In this document: piece after piece, positions 53,401 through 64,000 of the stretch
How the letters are laid out: every line of letters begins with the position of its first letter
Numbering within the stretch: position 1 is the first letter of the stretch
Origin: Trichinella spiralis
Lineage: Eukaryota
NCBI RefSeq assembly: GCF_000181795.1
Contig: NW_003526941.1
Span: forward strand, 10,284,856 to 10,348,855
Reading direction: 5' to 3'
Length of the DNA stretch: 64,000 nucleotides
Translations under genes and position numbers: made by a program
The notes under the pieces: generated by a model
What the model was told of the DNA's origin: nothing
Database searches by the model: none
What the model saw: only the letters and a program-made list of their open reading frames with translations

Positions 53401-56400
53401 AAAAACTAACAATCACAACGACGATAACAACAACAACAGAGCATTCTTTGCGTAAAAGCTTGTGATTGAACGCAAATGATATCCCTGAGGTTATTGGAAA
53501 CTGGTCGGAAAATGGCGCTCAATTTATAGCAAGAATAATGCAACAGGAGGCTTGATCGAGCTGAATTGTTTTCCAATTGAACATAATTAAATGATTGTTT
53601 CAATTCAAACGCAGAAAGCGTCTTAAAGGAGAAATGAGCAATCATCAGGGACCTTTCAAGTGGAAAATCCACAATTGCATGAGCGTCTATCGTTATTATT
53701 GAAGGTTCCCATCAAAGTGACAAAGCAAATAGTATTTGTCAGCTTTATTGTCTGAACATTGTCATTGTATTACAATCTGTTGTTTTGTGGCAACTTTTGT
53801 TCTAATATTGCAAGCACAAGAAAATATCCAACTTAAATGTTCAGAAATATCCGTAAAAGATGGAACCTTTTCCGCTAATTGCTTTTTCTTTTTAGAAATC
53901 TTTTCAATCATCTTTCTTTCTCCTTCCTCCCTCCCTTTCTCCCTCTTTCTTTCTCTCTTTCTTCCTTTTATACACCTACAAATGGACAGCTGAAATAAAG
54001 CTCGACTGTATTTATTTATTCATTAATTATAATAATCCAATTCACAGTTGGAGCAAATTCATTTGATTACTTGAAATTGTATGCCAATCATAACCTACGT
54101 GGTGAGTGTTTGTTTTCTTCTACTTGTATTGAACTGTTAAAGAATTGGAACAATTTTTAAAATATAATTTAAAATTAAACAGTTAATCACAAATTTATAA
54201 ACAATCCAATATTTGAAATACATCTGTATTACAATATTATTACAAATAACAATTCACCTAAGCTATATGTGGCTAACAATTAATTTCTTTTTCCAATTTA
54301 TATAATATATTCATTATTGGGATTTATTTATTTTGTAAAGTTGTTTGTTTTATTCAGCTTATTGTGATTGCAGACCATATGCGTTTCAATTTTCAGATTT
54401 TTCATCTATATTTCAAGTAGATTTTGTGATTATTAAAACAAAATATTTTTCAGCAATAATTCTAAAATAGAAGATGGAAATTTTTTAATATTATTTTTGT
54501 TTTTTGATAACAAATACATTACTATTTTACTTTACTTGTTATCATTTAATTTTTAAGATACGCAGCACTGGAAAAATTATAGAGAAGTATTTTTTTGTAA
54601 TAATGAGCTCATATATAAACTGCATCAACAAAGTTGTAATGAATTGTACGACCGAAACATTTGTATGATGTTTATGATAAATTTAAATATAGCATTTACA
54701 TTTTACTTGAATGCTTACATTAATGGGTAATTAAATTATTTCGCTTTTTGATTTGCATATAAATGAAAATTTTAAATTTGACATAAACCTATTAAGCGGT
54801 TGATATTTTTTAATGGAATTTTGTAATTTACATTTTCTTTCCTTTCATTTATTTTAACTATGTGTATAAGTGTTTCAAAACTACATTCAGCAGTTTTAAA
54901 CAGCTGAAAATATTATTTTGCTTTTTATTGTGGAATTTGAATAATTTTCTTCAAGTTTCATTAAAATGTTGCTTGTATAATTTTAAACGTCCGGCTTTTG
55001 TTAAGTTTTTCCATGTCGTGATATTTGCTTCTGTCATATTGTCAAAGAGAAATTAGCTGATAATATTGTAAACGTCAGTTTTTGTTAGAGAACTTACAGC
55101 ACAAAATAAGCTACAAAAATTTTATCATACATTTTTGCTAGATATCTATCTAAAAACTTTAATATTTCAGTTTGCAATTAAAAATCAAAATATGTGATAT
55201 TTTGACATGAACACGTAGCGAGCAGTTGAGTTTCAATTTCAGTGATATTACATGAAATTTTATCCCATAATTTTTTTTGCAAACATTTTAAACAGCTCTA
55301 AAAAAACACCTGCTTTGTTGTTATGTTAATTAATTGATACTTTTCAGTTTTGCATATGAAAATTGAAATACTTTTTGAAAGAAGCAATCTTTTCAAAAGT
55401 GTCAATATAAATAATAATATAATTTATGAATTTACAAATAAATTACTTGCAAATTAAGTTTGAAATATAAATGGTTCAATTGTATCATTTCAATAGAAGC
55501 AAATATGAGCTCAATTGGCAGTATAATTTGCACATTTATGGATATAACTGGCTGAATTAGTTGGAAGTGTCAGGGACAAATGTTCTAAAAAGCAGGTCAA
55601 AAGCTGAAGTGTCTAAAATTGATCAGGGAAATCAATAAATCATAAGTGAAAAGTTTTAATAAAAGTTTTATTTTTCACATATTCAAGTTTCGATTGCTTT
55701 GTTGTTTTGAAGTATTTTATTTGGCCAATCCAATAATAGAATTATTTCATTTTTATTGAACTAACGTCTTTGAGACATGGATTGACATGGATGAGATCCT
55801 GATGAGGCTACCAGCTAAATGTCCAATTCTTGATTAGTCAAATTTTGCATTTTGCCAAATCAAAATCTTTCAGATAAGACCATCAACAGTAGATCAGAAG
55901 AAGGAAGCTCTGCATTCTGTTGTTCAAAAGCATTTTCTAAATCTAATAAGTGAAATAAATGACTTCGATTTGATCTTATCTCGGCCAGATATTTGTACAA
56001 TATAGTATAATGTTTTTTTGAACAAAAATGTTGCCACTTTACGAAGTTACAATTTTTTTTTCTCCAAAATAAGCAAAAGACGGTGATGTTCACCTTTATT
56101 TTTTTTCTTATATCGTAATGCGTATTATTTATTTTATTCTCATTTCTTTAAAAAACTCTTTTTTATTTCTTATATCTCTTATCAGTAGTTATAATGAAGT
56201 TATTACTTGTTCTTACTTTGCAATTACAGCAATATTAACATTATAATAACAATATATTTATATTTAATTAATTAAAATTACTATATATTTTTTTTGATTT
56301 CTTATATTATGAATATGCAAAGTGTATATTTTTTCAATTTCAACAATTACGTATCCTCAAATTGTGTCCTAAGTATTTATGCGTTATGATGCTTTTCATT

Positions 56401-59400
56401 AACGAGATAAACTCTTTTTTATCAATTCAATTAACATTGATCGTTTTCAGCAAATTTAGAAACGTTGTTTTTTAGTTTTCGTTCTGCTGTTGACACTGCT
56501 GCTTTTACGGCGACCATTCAGTACAGTATATCTGTTATTTAACTTTTCAAACATGCATTTGCTTGTTTTAATAAGTCAGCTTTCAAAATTGCATATAAAT
56601 TTCAATTTCAATTATTAAACTGTGCTAGTTTTACATTTTGTCAGTTTGCAACTGTATTCAAAAAGTGGGGATGATGATGATGATGATTTTCTGATTTTCA
56701 AGTAATATTATTGATTGCTAATATAAGTTATTTATTCATTGTGGCATCTATTAGAAGACGATTCATTTAATGACATTCTTAAGCGAGGCGGACTGTACGG
56801 AGAAGCTTCATTTACTAATGATTCATTAAAATAGTTTAAATATTTTCCCTTAACTCAACAAAAGGTGCAAAAAATTAAGAAATAATTTCAATTATTTTTT
56901 TCTGTTGGCATTTTATTACTATTTTATTGAAAACATTGCCAACAATGAAAAAAGCAATCACTGAACACTGAAGGCAACAAATCATTATTGATGAAACAAT
57001 TAACTGAAATTTGTTGATAGCTTAAAATTTAAGTTTGAAAAATCATTTGCTTTCATAATGGAAACGAATCATTCATTGACAGCGTTTCTTTTCACTTGGA
57101 GCTTTTTCAATATGTTTCAATAGAAAAATTCAGAAGATTGATAATGATGCATTTGATGGTGAGGAAAAAAGCTATACGAATATATATCACTCTTTTTTTT
57201 GGGAGGGAGATGGAGGAATTTATTTCAACATATGCTTAATTTTTTGCTGATAAAAATTTTGCCGACAAAAACATCATTTCTAACAATTTTACACAATTGA
57301 AAAAATCTAAACAGTTTATTTTTCTGTTTTGGGGTATAATTTACATTGAATTATTCATGCTTGCATTTATTATCGGATTGGAATTGTTCTTAAAATGGAA
57401 GTGTTTACTCTAAATTTGCATGATAATTTTGCTAACTATCATTAAATATTATTTATCGGTAGATGTAAAATATTTGTAAAAGAACAATGAAATTTAAATC
57501 AATACGATTTGTAGAACGAATTATGACGTAAAACTAGAGATTGAAAAATGAATTCACTCACATAAGCTTATTCATTTATTTTTCATCAAAATAATTTAAA
57601 TATTGTTGTTGTTGTTGTTAATGTGATGAATGAAGTTATTTTGGCATGCAGTTTTCTACATTTGAACGCTTAAAATTGAATAATACGGGAGCATAGTGCA
57701 GTGTAAATTATTTTCAGCGTCTGCCACGATTTACTTATAGATTGCAGTTGTTCATTATTCTTGTAGCACAGGTTGAATAAAGTAAATCACTCATACAAAG
57801 CGTTTGAATTACACTAACTCTATTGTGTAAAAATCTTTTCTAATATATACTTTATATAAATTCTATGCTGCTTAATTGATTTTGAAGCACCTACAGAATC
57901 ACTTGCTTCATGTAGAATTTTTCTTACCGTAATTGTGACTGCTGAAGTTTTTAAAGTAAAAGTTTACCAATATGACGTTTACTAAGCAAGTAGAAATAAT
58001 TTCGAATAATGTAAAATTAGATGTTTAATACAATCAATCGTATGTAATTTTACGTTTTTGCATATGTATCCAATAAGAAACAATACGCTGATCTATGCAA
58101 ATATGCTAATTGTTGTTGTAGTGGAAAATTTAACAAGTGAAAGAAAAAGATGAAGAGAAAACACAGCATGTTTTGCTTTTTCTTTTTAATTATGACGTTT
58201 TACTTTTAAGTTTGGTTGTGGTATAATTTACAATCAAAAAATCTTTAACGAAGCTGAGAGTGTCCAGGGCAAAATGATTTGCTCAGACCGTTTTCTTCAC
58301 CAACTTGGCAACTTTTTACCTCGAACAGCTTCATCTGAACGATGCTGAATCGATGCAAATAAGATTGGTTGAGTCAAATAAAGCCCATTATTCATCCAAA
58401 GCAACTCTTTAAATTCGTCCATTGGACTTTATACTGGGCTTTTGGCTCGAATAATTATTGTTGGTTCAGCTTCAATGGGTAAGAGGAATCATAATTAGCC
58501 AACTATGGTCAGCTGTTAATGGCACTGGACTAATAACGACCTTAATAATAAGAATTCCATAAATGAAATAATTTTTGACTTATTTTTTTCATAAACGCAA
58601 GTATATAAACGGCTTCATTTTTGCATATTATTCATTGTAAAAATTGGGAATCATTTTTCAAACTTTGAAGACGTTATGCTTCATTTCTAATTCATAAGCA
58701 AGTTATTTTATGATTTACTACTACAAAATGCCTAAACAAAATAAGTTTGTTCGTTTTGAGACGAGGATATAAATATGTATAGTTGTATCAGTATGTATAT
58801 GTAATTATTTCTTTAATAATTCAAATTTAGTAAGCCAAAGTTTGCGGTTAAGATTAGCTGCTATGCAGCAACTTGTTGATGTGAAGACAAATTTGTGTTT
58901 ATTTAACAGCACATTTATTTTCCGTTATCGACCTCCATCTGTGAGATAACAAGGTAGATAATATGAAATGATTTATAATGCTATCTTCAACGACTACTTG
59001 GCTATCTTCTGATATGAATTACTAAAGTTCTAGTCTAATTTTTTTCTGTTGTGTTATTGTTGTTATTAAAATTTTTAATTAAATTATAATTTCAATCATT
59101 TTTAATTATCATTTCATGTCCATTGTCCATTTTCAATTGCATTCTAGTATGTATTTTTGCATTTGAAATTTTGCAAATGCAGCAAGTAGTAGGCGGGAAA
59201 GTGAAATAGCAGTTTTTAAAATCTCAGGATTATTTGTAAAATTGTTGTAAAGGTGTAATAGTAGTGGAATTGTTTCATTTTTTTTTGGAAGTTTAAATCT
59301 TAATTACGTGGGAAATGCTGCTGTTTCTCCACTATATAAACAATAAGACAAAACATCGACAATGAAAAATTTGCGTGACTGCTATTTTCAGTTGGCGGTG

Positions 59401-61628
59401 TCAAATAAATGGCGATTCCAACAAATCAATATGTCAACATGCACATTTTTCTATTATCTGGATTTCGGCAAACCAATGATGTTCAAAGCACGTCATTTCA
59501 AGCTTCGCTCATCATGTTCATTGCACGTCATGTTCACTAGTTATTCTGTGGATTTTTTTTTCGAAATAAATTTTAATTCTCAAGATAATTTAAATCTTTT
59601 AGTAAAGAAAATCTGTTACTTTTTTTCACCTTCTTACTGTTACTTATCTTTAAAATGCGTTAAGAAACATCTTTTTACAGTAAATTTCATCGACAATCTT
59701 TCACGGTAAGAGCACAGTGTTTGTTTGTTTATTTATTTGCAAATTTCTTACAGTTAACTCTTTATCTTACAACAATGAGACCGATTTATGTTGACTGTGA
59801 AATTGATTAATATTCAAAATATTCTTTTTCACAATATAGCCTTTTTTGAAAAATTTATCACCTAATAATATGCTGTGATAATTTCACAAATAGCAATCTT
59901 ATCACACTCACCAAATGTTTTACTTAATTATTGAAATCATTTTAAAAACCATCACCAAGTTTATTTCTCATTTATTTAATACAAATATCTTTATAATATA
60001 TTTTTACTTTTATTAATATTTTACTATTTTTAATATTATTTTTTTACACAAATCATGTTCGAGAATATAATAATATATTCATGTATCTATACAATGCAAC
60101 AGTACGTTAGACTAAGAATCCATATTACGTGGATTGGGTTAAGAACAAAACATGGAATTTTAAATGAATACAATTGTATTGTATTTTGTTCAGTAGAAAG
60201 TAATTTTAATGATAAAATGTCATTTTGGCATAAATATAAATTTTATACATGCATTTTTTAAATAAGCTGACAAATTGGCGCTTCTTAAAATTGAAACTAT
60301 CTGTTGAGAACTCTGTATGATAAAATAACTTTAAATATACTGTTAATTTCTACTATAAATGTGGGGAGTCGTGATTGTTTTTACTTCTAACATTCTGATA
60401 AATATGTGAAATTGAATGGTGTCAGCAGAGCGACAAATTAATTCCGCGAGTAAAAGTTAAGTCCATATAAAAAGAATGAAATTCTTCTACTTTTCTTCTT
60501 TTTAATTTCCTGCAATACTGTTTAATCTTTTGATAAGTAACGTTTTCTTTTAATGAAATGACACAATGCAAACGTTGTAGTATTTTAGATATGCTTTTAA
60601 GGAAATGAAAATATTTACCGTTTTACTGTCATTTACCAGAATAAACATTTGATAATATAATATTTCATTGTTATTGTTGTTAGAAAATTCTTTCAATTTT
60701 TACTGAAATATTCTCTGTTGTATGTTTTATTTTTGGCGATGAAGCATGCCTTTTAAAATTGCAATACTGTAGTAGTAGATGAAATATGCAATTGATTAGA
60801 TGATCATATTTAGTGGTTTTGATGAAAAAAAAACTAAAAACAGTTTTATTTAACAATCATTTTTATCAGTTTACTTTGAAATTTTTTGAAAAGTTATGAT
60901 AATATCAGATATACCAGTGAAAATGGAATTCATTTTCCTTGGTAATGATCAGCAGCCATCAATCAAATTTGCTTCGTCAAGACACACAATACATGCTGGC
61001 AACCAAAAACTGCAATGCTTATGTTTATCCTTAGCTGTATCAGTGATATTGACTATTATTTTTCAATTTATTCGTTTCATCTCATGTTTGCACTCTTTTA
61101 TGCAGAAAAGTTGCTTTTTGTTGAACATTTATTGGATAAAATGAAGGAAAGTAAAATAAAAACGACCAATCAAATAAAACATGCAACCATTTTTAAAATC
61201 ACGTTTTTGCATTATGTCACATATGCCTTGTAATTATTTACTTTGCTTGGAGACTATACTTTGAGTGAATTGTTAAAATGTTTTTGCTTTTGTTAAGAAA
61301 TATTACTTAGTGTTGTACTAAATCAAGCTAAACTGTAACAGTAAAAATTAAGACAGTTCTACTTGTAAAATTCACAGCATTTCACAGTCAATTCAGCGTC
61401 AATTGATTGTTTATTAAAACGAAGCATATTTTATTAATGCATAGATTTTGAAATTTTATTTCAAGCATTGAAATACCATTCAAGCGTCAATTATATTGAT
61501 TATTTGAAGCAAATTAGCAGCAAATCACAAGTTAATTAATTTATTATCATGAATAATTGTGTTGGAATTGTATTTAGCTGTGAAAATCTTTTTTGCTATA
61601 ATATGAATGATATTTCAATATAACATTT

Positions 61629-61668
61629 ACACACACACACACACACATATATATATGTGTGTGTGTGT
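61629..61668. repeat. (AC)9(AT)5(GT)6 palindromic dinucleotide microsatellite
   Basis: Directly visible; 61635-61668 is a perfect 34-bp palindrome. Confidence 0.95.
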
Positions 61669-64000
61669 ATATCAACACTTTATTGATCTTTCATCTTATT
61701 TAAAGTAAATTTAAATATACTCTAATAAATGTACTTTAATTATTTATTATTAGCAATTAAGTTATCTTCTGTCATCAAAGAATAATAATTAATCTTTCAA
61801 AAATAAATTAACTATACAATTTATTACGCATTTTAGCGGTTGGATTTGCATTTTCATTTCTGTTTCTGTTGCTTTTTCTACTGTTTTTATTTTTATTGGC
61901 AAAATAAATGTATAAGTTGAAATTTATTTATCTATTAAAGTACAATTTAAAGAAATTGTCTAATGTTTATATGATTTTTTATATTTTGTTCATTTCTTTT
62001 ATTATTCAAATGGATAAAAGTAGTTGATATGTTCTTTCGGGTGATGTTCTTTTGTTCTTTTAGTCATGAGAAAGTAAATTACTGCAGGACAGATTTTTAT
62101 GCATGATAAATTGATCAAGTAAATAGATGTTATTAAAAGTATTATTTATATATAATTGATTAAGGAATTTTTGTGATTGATTCAGTCCAACTTAAATTGT
62201 TAACGAATGCTTATCTTTTAAAATGCTTTACAAATAAAAAAATGTAACTTACAGAAATATAGCAGTTTTCTTATTAATCTTGAAATTTCCTGTTTTATGT
62301 ATCCTCTTTTGGAAAAACGATTAGCATTTGCTTCAAACTGTTGTGTGTGCACTATATTTGCTTTGACTTTTCAGTTGAGTTAAATTGAAATTCATCTATG
62401 ATTTATAATACTTATATTGAATAAACAAAAAAAACAATTTTCATTATATATTTCTGAATAATTTAGTGGGCTTTGAGGAGAAGTTCATTGTATTTTTTAC
62501 CAAGTATTTATTAGTTTTGATTTGCGATTGTTTCTTCAACGCTGTTGGATGAATAATAATTGTTAAATTTGAATCGATGAATCAAGTCAAGAAGTTTGTC
62601 GTCATCTTATGGTTGAAAGTTTATTCTCTGATCACGGTTATTTTCTGTTACCATTATGAGTACTTTGTTTAAGTTACAGATGCCCTGAACGATAGCTTTG
62701 CTACTTAAGCTGATTTCCAATCAGAAGCACTTTGTGCTTTCAGTTAGCTGCTACGTCGAAGAAATCAAAACAGGCAAAGTTTGCTGAGTAGCCTAAGCAA
62801 GAATTTACAGCTTTTTGTCTAACAAATTCAAATTGTTAATGAATTTTTAAAAACTACTTAATAATTTTTCATTTTATTGGCTAGCTGAGATGCGGTTTCT
62901 AGTGTTTTTACCTTGTCAATCAACTTTAGCCGCACTAATACAGTAACCGTTCTTATTTTAATTAATTTGCGTTATCATTGCAAACTGTCTCTTTCCATTT
63001 TCTGTATATGTTGAAAATATTTTGCATCAGTAATTATTTCAGTTTAACATTCATTTTACCATTGAAAGCAAAGAAAATATTTTTCATGAAAATATGCTTC
63101 AAATTATACTATAATCTTTACTTCGAGCAGCATCATTTTAGTCATTCATCTATTCAGCAATAAAAATATGAAAAAAGTTGAATATGAAAATAAATTATCA
63201 AATAAATCTAATATTTAGATGCCTAGCAGATATTATTTGTTTTGAAATTCTCCTATTCAGAGAAAATATTTACGACTGTCGAATGTACAAATGACTTTTA
63301 CAATGGCGTGACAGTTTAATGACAATTTCGAATTATTTCATTAGTAACAATTTTCCTTTGTTTATGCTGATTGATAAGACGTAATATGCTCAGGATTTCT
63401 TCAACACTGAACTTTTATGATTCACTTTCTTGCCTATTAATTCGATATATTTACAGATCAATAAGTTTTTCTTTTTACTACATTTCTTTTTCACGTAATT
63501 GCATTAAAAAAACATAATTTAATTCTTCATCATCATCAGCGTTTAATCGACAAAGCGTTATTTGAATTTGAGTTAATTTTTGAAAAAAAGCGTTTTCAGC
63601 TACTTTTTATGGGCATTTTTATTGACTATAAAGAGTGGAAGATTTCTGTATTTGAAGTGGTCAATGGGATTCGGATTTTGTTAACCGCTTCGAATTGGCT
63701 CTATTCAAATGCGCGCTTCATTCTTATTTTGATTTTGGATGATGATGATGAGCCAGGCCACTGGGAACTAGCAATGACAAACACTTTCATTTGGCATAAA
63801 GCTCAAAGCTGTGGCTGATCACAGCTTGATTGACCAAGCTAAAATCGCACGGCTGTGACGTGAAAATTTCTGCGTTTTTTTTCTATCTATCTTTTTTTTT
63901 GTTTGACGTTTGGTTTATGACAACGCATTTCCAAGATGATTTCGACGATTTTTTCGGATGTAGCTGTTTTACTGGGTCAGAAGATCAGCGAGAAGAAATA

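Noticed and set aside
58518..58541. AATGGCACTGGA, resembling the 5' end of miR-228/miR-263/miR-183 family miRNAs
   Set aside because: The 3' half diverges and no complementary star arm is seen nearby, so there is no pre-miRNA hairpin.

Overview
AT-rich, microsatellite-rich eukaryotic genomic DNA with many short (about 40-130 nt) spliceosomal introns and TTTCAG/TTTTAG acceptors. A nematode-type transthyretin-like gene plus this composition suggest a nematode, probably a clade I form such as Trichinella (inference). I reconstructed 10 protein-coding genes by hand splicing: a claudin-like (Clc) gene (-), carboxypeptidase E (+), a metabotropic glutamate receptor-like class C GPCR (-), a lone histone H2B (+), a Wnt2-subfamily ligand (-), an intronless NDOR1 (-), coatomer gamma (+), a transthyretin-like secreted protein (+), a two-exon HOPX-like homeodomain-only protein (+) and an SFT2-family vesicle transport protein (-). 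Two long gene-poor tracts lie at about 15.6-25.2 kb and 47.7-64 kb. The most notable result is the HOPX-like gene: its 60-nt second exon is missing from the ORF track, and the spliced product aligns without gaps to vertebrate HOPX, a family I recall as absent from C. elegans and Drosophila. It lies about 13 kb from a Wnt2 gene, a subfamily also lost in those models. All homology calls are from remembered family sequences; no database search was run.
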